In this document: one piece after another, positions 19,933 through 28,415 of the stretch
How positions within the stretch are numbered: position 1 is the first letter of the stretch
Layout: each line of letters opens with the position of its first letter
Source: an uncultured Clostridia bacterium
GTDB lineage: Bacteria > Bacillota > Clostridia > Christensenellales > CAG-314
Reading direction: 5' to 3'
Assembly: GCA_934294965.1 (NCBI GenBank)
Contig: CAKRAM010000075.1
Span: 1 to 32,000, forward strand
Length of the DNA stretch: 32,000 nt
The notes under the pieces: generated by a model
The model's database searches: none
Told to the model about the DNA's origin: nothing
What the model saw: the letters and a program-made list of their open reading frames with translations, nothing else
Translations under genes and position numbers: made by a program

Positions 19933-22062
19933 ATGAAAAACACAACAAAATTTTTTGCGGTCGTTTTGGCGCTTGTGTGCATGCTTGCTTTGTTCGTGGC
20001 GTGCGACAGCAACGTTCCGGACGACGACGTAACGCCCGAAACTAAAGAATTTGTGTATGCAACCGACCTTGTCGACGGAATTACCGTCGACAAGGCTTTG
20101 TATACTTTCACGCTTTCCGCAACCTACGGCAAAGAACTTTGCCAAATCAAAGTTTTTACGGGCGGCAAGGAAATCGCTCCGCAAAACGGAAACTACTCGG
20201 TTGAACTTTCGGAAGGCGCAAACACCGTTTCGGTGGAGGCAACCGCAGACGGCGAAAAGGACCAACGCTCCTACACGATAAACTACGTCGTGCCTGTGTT
20301 CGTCATCGAATGCGACGCAGCCGATGCCGAAATTCAAGTTGACGGAACGATAGAGTTTTCGGTAAATGCAACTTACGGAAGCAACGCATGCACGGTGCAA
20401 GTGTCCTGTGGCGGCGTGCTTGTAAGCGTCAAAGAAAACGGCAAGTACACCGTTCAGTTGGACGAAGGACTTAACACCATAACGGTGGTTGTCACAAGCC
20501 AAGGTAAAAGCGAAAAACGCACGTTCGACGTAACTTTCCGCAAGGATTTTGCTTTTGTTTGCGACGTGGAACAAGCCTCGATAACAAACGACATCGTATC
20601 TTTTTCCGCCTCGGCAACCTTCAACGACGTAACTTGCGCCACAATCGTAAAACATAACGGCGAAGTTATTACGGCAAACTCGGACGAAAAATATACCGTC
20701 ACGCTTGCAGTGGGTAAAAACGTATTTTCCGTCACCGCGCGCAAAGGCGACTTTGTGGAGGAAAAAACCTACGAAATAAACTACCAAGGTTTTACTCTCA
20801 CCACAACGCTCAACGACAACATCACCACGATGAACTCGTCCTTGCGTTTTAACCTTTCGGTTCGTTACGGCGAATCGGTTGCGGATTTTGAAGTTACGGC
20901 GGAAGGCGCAACACTCGCTCGTCCTTCGCCATTTATGTTTATACTTGTGCTTCCAAAGGCAGGCAAGTACGACATTAAAATCACCGCAACAAACGGCAAC
21001 GCATCTTTTGATAAAACGCTATCCGTAACCTACGTAACCGATCCTCCGCATATTGAAAGTATTTCACTGGTCAGCGGAAAAACATACAAGGGAGAGTTGT
21101 GCTGCTTCGACGTGGAAGCGCAGGACGCTCTCGGCAACAAAGTGGACGACTCGGCGTTGTCCTTCTATGTGGACGTCGGTCAAACGGGCAACTACACCAA
21201 ACTTACCTCTGCCGACATCACCAAAGTGTGGAGCGATTCGGTAAAAACAAGTTACCGCTTCAGTTTCACAAACGGCGCGTTTGCCGATTGCATAAACAAA
21301 AAGCTCAACTTCAAAGTGCAGGTTACTTCGGCATTGGGTTCTAGCGAGCAAGTGTTCGAAATGACCTACGTCGGCGCCGATCCGGACGGAAAAATCGGAC
21401 AGGTCGTACTTTCGGTAGAAGGCTTTACCATCGGTTGCAAATATTTTTTGGAGCCGACTCTTGTTGATATCTACGCTGGTGAAAATATGGCGCAAGCCCT
21501 CACTCGCGTGCTGACCGAAAAAGGCTGGGCGTACACAAACACCGGCACAATCGAAAAAGGTTTTTACCTTGCCTCGATTGTCGGTATGGATTTGAGCGGC
21601 AACGCCATCGATGAGGGGCTGCTCGCAGTTCTTCGCAAAACCGGAGCAACCGTGTTCAAAGAATCCATCACCGCAGGGGACGACGGTAAATATTCATTGG
21701 GCGAATTCGATTTTACTCAAGGTTCGGGCTGGATGTACAGCGTAAACGGAACATACCCAAACTACGGTTTTGCCGATCACTATCCGCAAGACGGCGAAGT
21801 GGTGCGCGTGCAGTTCACTTTGGCGTACGGCAGTGACCTTGGTGGCGGTAGTGCCTTGGGTGGTGGCGGAGCCAACTACAACGTTGCTTTTGGCGATTTT
21901 GCCGCAATTCACACCGCGCTTGCAACCGTAAAAGCAAATAACTACTACGGCAAGGGCAACCAAGTGTACAATCAAGTTTTGCAAGCCGTAGCGCATTGGG
22001 ACGCCGACAACAAGTTGCTTGACGAGCAACTGGCGATTCTAAAATCGGAATACGGTATTTAA
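19933..22062 (+). CDS. Putative surface lipoprotein: Ig-like repeats plus C-terminal DUF4430/transcobalamin-like beta domain
   Basis: Signal LVCMLALFVAC; four repeated units of the type TYG...NGxYxVxLxxGxNTxxVxA...YxINY; C-terminal GSGWMYSVNGTYPNYGFADHYPQDGEVVRVQFTLAYG. Confidence 0.83.
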   Translation: MKNTTKFFAVVLALVCMLALFVACDSNVPDDDVTPETKEFVYATDLVDGITVDKALYTFTLSATYGKELCQIKVFTGGKEIAPQNGNYSVELSEGANTVSVEATADGEKDQRSYTINYVVPVFVIECDAADAEIQVDGTIEFSVNATYGSNACTVQVSCGGVLVSVKENGKYTVQLDEGLNTITVVVTSQGKSEKRTFDVTFRKDFAFVCDVEQASITNDIVSFSASATFNDVTCATIVKHNGEVITANSDEKYTVTLAVGKNVFSVTARKGDFVEEKTYEINYQGFTLTTTLNDNITTMNSSLRFNLSVRYGESVADFEVTAEGATLARPSPFMFILVLPKAGKYDIKITATNGNASFDKTLSVTYVTDPPHIESISLVSGKTYKGELCCFDVEAQDALGNKVDDSALSFYVDVGQTGNYTKLTSADITKVWSDSVKTSYRFSFTNGAFADCINKKLNFKVQVTSALGSSEQVFEMTYVGADPDGKIGQVVLSVEGFTIGCKYFLEPTLVDIYAGENMAQALTRVLTEKGWAYTNTGTIEKGFYLASIVGMDLSGNAIDEGLLAVLRKTGATVFKESITAGDDGKYSLGEFDFTQGSGWMYSVNGTYPNYGFADHYPQDGEVVRVQFTLAYGSDLGGGSALGGGGANYNVAFGDFAAIHTALATVKANNYYGKGNQVYNQVLQAVAHWDADNKLLDEQLAILKSEYGI

Positions 22063-22068
22063 CAGCAT

Positions 22069-22098
22069 AAAGCCTTGCGGAATTCCGCTTGGCTTTTT
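22069..22098 (+). terminator. Weak terminator-like hairpin inside the B12 operon
   Basis: AAAGCC-TT-GCGGAATTCCGC-TT-GGCTTTTT between two genes. Confidence 0.5.
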
Positions 22099-22157
22099 GT
22101 CCGCTTTCGGCTATGATTAACATCAAGCCGATTTGCGGCGCAAAAAGGAATTATTTT

Positions 22158-24032
22158 ATGAAATCTACAAAACTGTTATGTTCTTTGCTGGCTTTGGCAA
22201 TTTTGGTAACCTCGCTTGTCGGCGCAGTAAACTTTACCGCACAAGCCGAAACAAGCGTGGATTACCTTCAAATCGCGCAGGGAATAATAAATTGGAAAAA
22301 ATTCGACGTCGGTTCTACGCCGGACGGGTACCTGATTAACGACCAATTGTTAAGTGTTGCAGGCACCACCCCGGGCGATTGGTATCCCGTTGGGCTGGGC
22401 AGGTTGGGCATTGCCGACAACCAAAGCGGCTATCTTGCCGTTATTGCCGACAACGTTTCCAAACGCTACAAAACCAAAGATAAATTGGACGCGGCAAAAG
22501 CAACCGAGTGGCACCGCATAACGCTGGCAATGCTGGCGTGCGGCGGCAATCCCAAAAAGGCGGGCAACGACGAAAACATAGACCTTATTGCCGACGGCGT
22601 GTACAATCGCACCGACGGCACAAACGGTATTTTGGGCAGGCAGGGCATCAACGGATATATTTGGGGACTAATCGCGCTGGACAGTCTTAATTACGAAGTG
22701 CCAAGCGGCGCATACTACACCCGCGACGACATTATTTCGTCGATACTCAAATGCCAACTGGCCGACGGCGGTTTTGCGCTTATCGGCACGGTGTCCGATC
22801 CGGATATAACGGCAATGGCGGTGCAAAGTCTAGCGCCATACTACAACAGTGAAAAAGAGTACAACTACGCGGATAAAAGCGGCAACTCGGTAACCAAAAA
22901 AGTTCGCACTGTAATCGACGAGTGTATTGCGTGGCTGTCAAAGGAGCAGCAACCGGACGGCGACTATTTCAGTTGGGGTATGGCAAACGTGGAAAGTACC
23001 GTGCAGGTTGCGGTTGCATTAAGCACTTTGGGTATAGACGTAACCACCGACAAGCGGTTCATCAAAATCGATGCCAACGGCAAAAGCAACACTTTGGTTG
23101 ACGGAATTTTGAAGTATCGCACAGAAAGCGGCGGTTTTACCCACTCTTTCAAAAACGATGCGGACAATCCCACCGCTGTGGCAGGCGAGCCAAACACAAT
23201 GGCAAGCGAACAAACGTTGTACTGCATGGCGGCACTCATTCGCCTGCAACAGGGCAAGCGCGCCTTGTACGACTTCCGTGAGGAACAGTCCGATGCGCTC
23301 AAAGCGCAAATAAGCAACGTTACGGGGCAGATAGACGCTCTTACGGAGATGTCCTCAAAAGCCGACGTGAACGCCGTTTACGACGCCTATTGGCAAATTA
23401 CGCCCTCCGAACGTCGCTACGTGTACAACTACTACAAGTTGTCCCGCATAATGCAGTTTGCCGAAGTCCCTTTTAACGAGGAAAAAATGGACTACAACAG
23501 CGGCGGCGACGAAGAAGCACCCACCGAATACTTCGACTACGACGATCAGTCTGCCGCAAACGCTTTGCCGAGCGACGACCGACTTACGACGCAATACCGT
23601 GCCGAAGTGTTGCGTCTTTTGAACAAAATCAAGCATAGCGTGGATTTTGAAGGCAAACAAGCGCTTACAATCAAGTTGGAAAAAGCAAAAAACAAAATTG
23701 ACGAGTTGCTTGCCGAAATTGATGATATCAAGGCTCAAATCAAGGCGGAACTATATCCGTTTAACAGTATAAGCCTATCCAAAAAACAAACGGTATATGC
23801 TTTGTATAACCGCTATATGGCGCTTTCGGAGTACGACCGCACGGCGTTTGAGGCTAGCGATGTGGAAGGTTTGCTAAAATGCAAAACCCAAGTCGACAAT
23901 TTGCAAACCGCGCTCATAATCACTGTTTGCTGCGTTGTGGCTGCGGCTATAGTTACCGTTTGGATAGTGCTTCATATCAAAAAACGTCGCAAACTTAAAC
24001 GTGAAAAACTTATGCCGGAAAGCGACGAATAG
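22158..24032 (+). CDS. Secreted, C-terminally membrane-anchored alpha/alpha-barrel (prenyltransferase / transcobalamin alpha-domain-like) protein
   Basis: Signal MKSTKLLCSLLALAILVTSLVGAVNFTAQA; helical-repeat motifs YIWGLIALDSLNYEVPS, ILKCQLADGGFALIGTVSDPDITAMAVQSLAPYY, VESTVQVAVALSTLGID; C-terminal TM ALIITVCCVVAAAIVTVWIVLHIKKRRKLKR; ATG at 22158 precedes the signal peptide. Confidence 0.8.
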   Translation: MKSTKLLCSLLALAILVTSLVGAVNFTAQAETSVDYLQIAQGIINWKKFDVGSTPDGYLINDQLLSVAGTTPGDWYPVGLGRLGIADNQSGYLAVIADNVSKRYKTKDKLDAAKATEWHRITLAMLACGGNPKKAGNDENIDLIADGVYNRTDGTNGILGRQGINGYIWGLIALDSLNYEVPSGAYYTRDDIISSILKCQLADGGFALIGTVSDPDITAMAVQSLAPYYNSEKEYNYADKSGNSVTKKVRTVIDECIAWLSKEQQPDGDYFSWGMANVESTVQVAVALSTLGIDVTTDKRFIKIDANGKSNTLVDGILKYRTESGGFTHSFKNDADNPTAVAGEPNTMASEQTLYCMAALIRLQQGKRALYDFREEQSDALKAQISNVTGQIDALTEMSSKADVNAVYDAYWQITPSERRYVYNYYKLSRIMQFAEVPFNEEKMDYNSGGDEEAPTEYFDYDDQSAANALPSDDRLTTQYRAEVLRLLNKIKHSVDFEGKQALTIKLEKAKNKIDELLAEIDDIKAQIKAELYPFNSISLSKKQTVYALYNRYMALSEYDRTAFEASDVEGLLKCKTQVDNLQTALIITVCCVVAAAIVTVWIVLHIKKRRKLKREKLMPESDE

Positions 24033-24081
24033 TAACAAAATTAAACGATAATCGGGCAACGGTTTGCTCGACTATACTACA

Positions 24082-24633
24082 ATGAAAAAAGACTTAATCG
24101 CAATTTGCATAGTGGTGGTATTGCTGATATTCATTTTCAGCGGCACCAAAATACAGTCGGTGGACGACTACTACCTAACTCACCTCGACGACATCAAGGA
24201 AGACAGTTTGACGGTGTTCTTGTCCATCGATTGCAGTACTATTTTGAACAATTGGGACGATTTGGACCCCAACCTTCGCAAGGAAAAGTACGTTCCTTCG
24301 GATGGGGTAATTTTGCCGCGCACGGAATACGTTTTGCGTAACGGCGACACCGTCTACGATATTTTAAGCCGAGCCGTGCGCCACAACAAAATTCAAATGG
24401 AATATCAGGGCGCAAACGAAAGTGCCTACGGCAGTGTGTATATAAAGGGTATCAACTACTTGTACGAGTTTTCTTGCGGCCCTTTGTCCGGTTGGATGTA
24501 CAAGGTCAACGGGGAGTTCCCCGGGTACGGCTGCAGTAAGTACGTTCTAAAAGACGGCGACGTTATCGAATGGGTGTACACCTGCGACCTGGGCAGGGAC
24601 GTCGGCAGCGACTGGGAGGAAATGATAAAATGA
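24082..24633 (+). CDS. Membrane-anchored DUF4430/transcobalamin-like beta-domain protein
   Basis: N-terminal TM MKKDLIAICIVVVLLIFIFSG; GDTVYDILSRAVR; FSCGPLSGWMYKVNGEFPGYGCSKYVLKDGDVIEWVYTCDLGRDVG. Confidence 0.83.
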   Translation: MKKDLIAICIVVVLLIFIFSGTKIQSVDDYYLTHLDDIKEDSLTVFLSIDCSTILNNWDDLDPNLRKEKYVPSDGVILPRTEYVLRNGDTVYDILSRAVRHNKIQMEYQGANESAYGSVYIKGINYLYEFSCGPLSGWMYKVNGEFPGYGCSKYVLKDGDVIEWVYTCDLGRDVGSDWEEMIK

Positions 24634-25508
24634 AAGCGTTCGAATCTTTCCATCCCATTTTGTTGTTCGTCTTCTTTTTGGCGACGATATTCGTCAGTAT
24701 GTTTTGCTTCAATCCGATAGTTACGGCAGTATCGTTTTTTTGCTCGGTGTTCTTTTGCGGAATGCTTATCGGCGGCAAGGAACTGGCAAAAAGTTTGGCA
24801 TATGCCTTTGTGATGATATTGCTTATTTCCGTCACAAACCCGTTGTTTTCCCACAACGGCGAAACGATGCTGTTCTTTTTGAACGATAACCCCGTAACGT
24901 TGGAGGCCATCATGTACGGCGTGAACGTTTCGGTGCAAATAATGGCGGTAATTTACTGGTTCAAGTGCTATCACGCCGTTATGACCAGCGATAAATTCAT
25001 CTATTTGTTCGGCAGAGTAGTGCCGAAGTTGTCCTTGCTACTCTCAATGACGATAAACTTCATTCCCAAGTTCAAACGCCATTTTGCCGAAATCGACGAG
25101 GCGCAAAAGGCTCTCGGGATGTACGCGACCAAAAGTTTTGTGGACAAAATCCGTCAAAAAACCCGTGTGTTGGGCATTTTGATCAGTTGGAGTTTGGAAA
25201 ACTCCGTTCAAACAGCCGATTCCATGCGCGCGCGCGGCTACGGACTTAAAGGAAGAACAAGTTATTCCATTTTCAGGTGGACTGTTCGCGACACAGTCAC
25301 GATAATCATAACACTTGTGCTTATTGCGGCAGTGTGCTATTTGGTTACAGTCGTACCGAGTTATTCGTTCTATCCCACGTTTGCGCCGCTGGCGTTGGAC
25401 GCGTTTGCAATCTCGTTGTACGCGTGCTTGTTTGCGCTTATGTTTTTACCTACGATTTGTGAAATAAAGGAGAATTTGTCGTGGCAATACTTGAAATCCA
25501 AAATTTAA
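24630..25508 (+). CDS. ecfT: ECF transporter transmembrane component EcfT
   Basis: Multi-TM; coupling region AQKALGMYATKSFVDKIRQKTRVLGILISWSLENSVQTADSMRARGYG typical of EcfT/CbiQ. Confidence 0.9.
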   Translation: MKAFESFHPILLFVFFLATIFVSMFCFNPIVTAVSFFCSVFFCGMLIGGKELAKSLAYAFVMILLISVTNPLFSHNGETMLFFLNDNPVTLEAIMYGVNVSVQIMAVIYWFKCYHAVMTSDKFIYLFGRVVPKLSLLLSMTINFIPKFKRHFAEIDEAQKALGMYATKSFVDKIRQKTRVLGILISWSLENSVQTADSMRARGYGLKGRTSYSIFRWTVRDTVTIIITLVLIAAVCYLVTVVPSYSFYPTFAPLALDAFAISLYACLFALMFLPTICEIKENLSWQYLKSKI

Positions 25509-27190
25509 CGTTCGCGTATAGCGGGGCAACGGAAAACGCGCTTAGCGACGTGTCTTTTTCGGTGGAAAAAGGTGAGTTTGTCGTGCTTTGCGGCGAATCG
25601 GGTTGCGGCAAAAGCACTCTCCTCAGGCTTATCAAAAAGCAACTTGCGCCTGCCGGAACAACAAGCGGAAAGGTGCTGTACTGCGGCGTTCCCGTTTCGG
25701 ATTTGGATGAGCGTTTGTCGGTTGCCGAAATCGGTTTCGTTATGCAAAATCCGGAAAATCAAATCGTAACCGACAAGGTGTGGCACGAACTGGCTTTCGG
25801 TTTGGAAAGTTTGGGCGTTGGTACGGACGAAATTCGTCGCAGAACGGCGGAAATTTGCGGCTTTTTCGGTATCGGAGATTGGTACAACAAAAAAACGTGC
25901 GAACTTTCCGGCGGTCAAAAACAATTGCTAAATCTTGCCTCGATAATGGTTATGCAGCCAAAAATTCTTATCTTGGACGAGCCTACTAGCCAACTGGATC
26001 CCATTGCCGCAACGGACTTTATTGCAACCGTCAAAAAAATCAACAGCGAACTGGGCGTAACCGTGCTTATGGTAGAACATCGTTTGGAAGAAGTGTTCCC
26101 CATTGCCGACAAAGTTGTGCTTATGAACCGCGCGGGCATTTTGGCTGTCGGAACGCCCAAGCAAATCGGCTCGGAACTTAAAAACATCGATCCCAATCAC
26201 AAAATGTTGCTAGGGCTTCCATCGGCGGTGCGTGTCTACAACAAGTTGGACGGCGACGGCGATTGTCCGCTTACCGTAAAAGAAGGCAAGGACTATTTGG
26301 ATGCTCGCTACGACAACACTTACGACCGTTACGGAATCGTTCCGCAGGACTATTCTTCGCGCAAAAAAGCCGTGGAAATTTTTGAGGGGTACTTCCGCTA
26401 CGAACGCGACCTTCCGGATGTTCTTAAAGGAGTGGACTTGACCGTTTACGAAAACGAAATCTTTTGCATCTTGGGTGGCAACGGCGCCGGTAAAACCACA
26501 ACACTTAAGGTGATAAGCGGAATAAAACGGCTCTATCGCGGCAAGTTGCGCATTTGGGGCAAAAAGATTTCAGAATACGGCGGAGTCAGTTTGTATCGGC
26601 ACAACCTCAGTTGTTTGCCGCAAAACCCTCAAACGCTGTTTGTTAAAAACACTTTGCAAGCCGACCTTGACGAAGTGGTAAAAGTTATGGGCTACGGCAA
26701 AGAGGGGCAGGAAAAAATTCGTGCCGTAACCGAGGAATTGGGCATAACGCATTTGCTTTCCCGTCATCCGTTCGATTTGTCCGGCGGTGAACAGCAAAAA
26801 GCCGCATTTGCCAAAATTTTGCTTACCGAGCCAAAAATCATTTTGTTGGACGAACCGACCAAGGGCATAGACGCGTTTTCCAAAAACACGCTTGCAGGCA
26901 TTTTGTACCAACTAAAAGAAAAGGGCATAACGGTTATCATCGTCACTCACGACGTGGAGTTTGCCGCCGAGCACGCCGATCGTTGCGCAATGTTCTTCGA
27001 CGGACAAATCGTGTCGGTTGCCAATCCCGTGGAGTTTTTTGCCAGCAACAGTTATTACACGACGGCGGCAAGCCGAATTTCACGCGGGTTGTATCAAAAC
27101 GCCGTAACGGTGGACATGGTGGTGGAGTTGTGCCGCAAAAACGGCAAAAAGCAAAGCGCCGAGCCGCAAAGCGAGGCAAACAATGGATAA
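25481..27190 (+). CDS. ECF transporter ATPase, fused EcfA-EcfA' (two ABC domains)
   Basis: GESGCGKSTLLR...LSGGQKQLLNLASIMVMQPKILILDEPTSQLD and GGNGAGKTTTLK...LSGGEQQKAAFAKILLTEPKIILLDEPTKGID; GTG start after AAGGAG. Confidence 0.94.
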   Translation: MAILEIQNLTFAYSGATENALSDVSFSVEKGEFVVLCGESGCGKSTLLRLIKKQLAPAGTTSGKVLYCGVPVSDLDERLSVAEIGFVMQNPENQIVTDKVWHELAFGLESLGVGTDEIRRRTAEICGFFGIGDWYNKKTCELSGGQKQLLNLASIMVMQPKILILDEPTSQLDPIAATDFIATVKKINSELGVTVLMVEHRLEEVFPIADKVVLMNRAGILAVGTPKQIGSELKNIDPNHKMLLGLPSAVRVYNKLDGDGDCPLTVKEGKDYLDARYDNTYDRYGIVPQDYSSRKKAVEIFEGYFRYERDLPDVLKGVDLTVYENEIFCILGGNGAGKTTTLKVISGIKRLYRGKLRIWGKKISEYGGVSLYRHNLSCLPQNPQTLFVKNTLQADLDEVVKVMGYGKEGQEKIRAVTEELGITHLLSRHPFDLSGGEQQKAAFAKILLTEPKIILLDEPTKGIDAFSKNTLAGILYQLKEKGITVIIVTHDVEFAAEHADRCAMFFDGQIVSVANPVEFFASNSYYTTAASRISRGLYQNAVTVDMVVELCRKNGKKQSAEPQSEANNG

Positions 27191-27980
27191 AAGTTTGCTG
27201 TATATTGCCGAGCCTACGCCCAAAGCGGAAGTGAGCTTAACTTCCAACGAAAAGCACAATGCAAAAGTCGGAAAACGGCTGCGTTTGGCACTCTCGATAG
27301 GCGTTTATTGCGTGGCAATTCCGTTGGTAATTTGGCTTGGTATTGCGCTGTGGAACGATCGCAAGTACAATATCGTTTCCATGATAATCGCATTCTTGGC
27401 GTGCGTTCCGTTTTTTGTCGGATTTGAAAAAGGCAAAACAGGAACAAGGGAACTTGTTGTAATAGCCGTAATGACGGCAATATCCGTGTTGGGACGTGTG
27501 ATTTTCGCTCCCATTCCCGGGTTTAAGCCGGTTACGGCAATCGTGATAATAACGGCAATCGCCTACGGCGCGCAGGCGGGATTTTTGACCGGTGCGTTGT
27601 CGGCGGTGGTTTCCAACATTTTTTACGGACAAGGTCCTTGGACGCCTTTTCAAATGTTCGTGTGGGGCATAATAGGCTTCATTGCCGGCATATTGTTCAA
27701 ACGCGGAAAAAAGCCCAACGTGATTGTGCTTGTTATAGTGGGGCTTGTCGGAGGTGTGGCGTATTCCACGATGATGGACATTTGGACGGTTCTCAGTTTC
27801 GGCGAGGGTTGGTCTTGGACAAGGTACCTCGGCGCGCTGGCAACAAGTTTACCCTTTATGGCAATCTATGCCGTGTCCAACGTAGTGTTTTTGTTGCTGC
27901 TCACCAAGCCGTTTTTGGAAAAACTTAACCGTATCGGCACAAAGTACAATTTGTTCGGCGCAATAGACGAGCAAAAGTAG
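27183..27980 (+). CDS. ECF transporter S component, candidate cobalamin-specific
   Basis: Multi-TM; VIAVMTAISVLGRVIFAPIPGFKPVTAIVIITAIAYGAQAGFLTGALSAVVSNIFYGQGPWTPFQMFVWGIIGFIAG; overlaps the fused EcfA gene. Confidence 0.85.
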   Translation: MDKSLLYIAEPTPKAEVSLTSNEKHNAKVGKRLRLALSIGVYCVAIPLVIWLGIALWNDRKYNIVSMIIAFLACVPFFVGFEKGKTGTRELVVIAVMTAISVLGRVIFAPIPGFKPVTAIVIITAIAYGAQAGFLTGALSAVVSNIFYGQGPWTPFQMFVWGIIGFIAGILFKRGKKPNVIVLVIVGLVGGVAYSTMMDIWTVLSFGEGWSWTRYLGALATSLPFMAIYAVSNVVFLLLLTKPFLEKLNRIGTKYNLFGAIDEQK

Positions 27981-28344
27981 GCAACATGCGTACTTGCCGT
28001 TTCAAATGCTATGCTATTCGTGATTGTGTATAATTAAAGTCCGTTGATGTTTGACTGCGTTTTGCAAATGCGGCAGTATTGTCTGCGGAATAGTGATTGC
28101 TCCTGTTTTGCGTTAACTGCCATGTAATCGCGTCAAGTGCCTTATGCGCACCTAAACCGATTGTTTCAAATGTGGCAGTTTTGCGGCAAATTTGTTTGCG
28201 GCTGAGGTCTATTGGCGTGGGCAAATTGACGTCAACGTTATTTCCGTAATATATGCGTATTAAAACCGTTTGGCTTTTGGTACGCACATTTTGTTCCAGT
28301 GGATTATTTTGTTCGGTTGCGCTTATGCAAACACATTCACCGAC

Positions 28345-28373
28345 TTGACAATGCGCCATTGCGCTGATATAAT
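28345..28373 (+). promoter_or_regulatory. Perfect-consensus sigma-A promoter for trpS
   Basis: TTGACA (28345-28350), 17-nt spacer, TATAAT (28368-28373). Confidence 0.88.
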
Positions 28374-28415
28374 CTAAACAAATCGGATGCGGCATTTTTT
28401 GCCGACGGAGAAACT

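Noticed and set aside
20000-24950. Sense- and antisense-frame ORFs such as 22508-22690, 23355-23738(-), 24456-24974(-)
   Set aside because: Contained within or opposite well-supported genes with signal peptides, TM anchors or domain motifs.
28009-28395. 128-aa minus-strand ORF upstream of trpS
   Set aside because: Overlaps the perfect consensus trpS promoter, has no SD, and its composition does not look like a protein family; not called as a gene.
27981-28415. T-box leader for trpS
   Set aside because: No AGGGTGGNACCGCG-type T-box sequence and no terminator before trpS; the promoter starts only about 40 nt before the gene.
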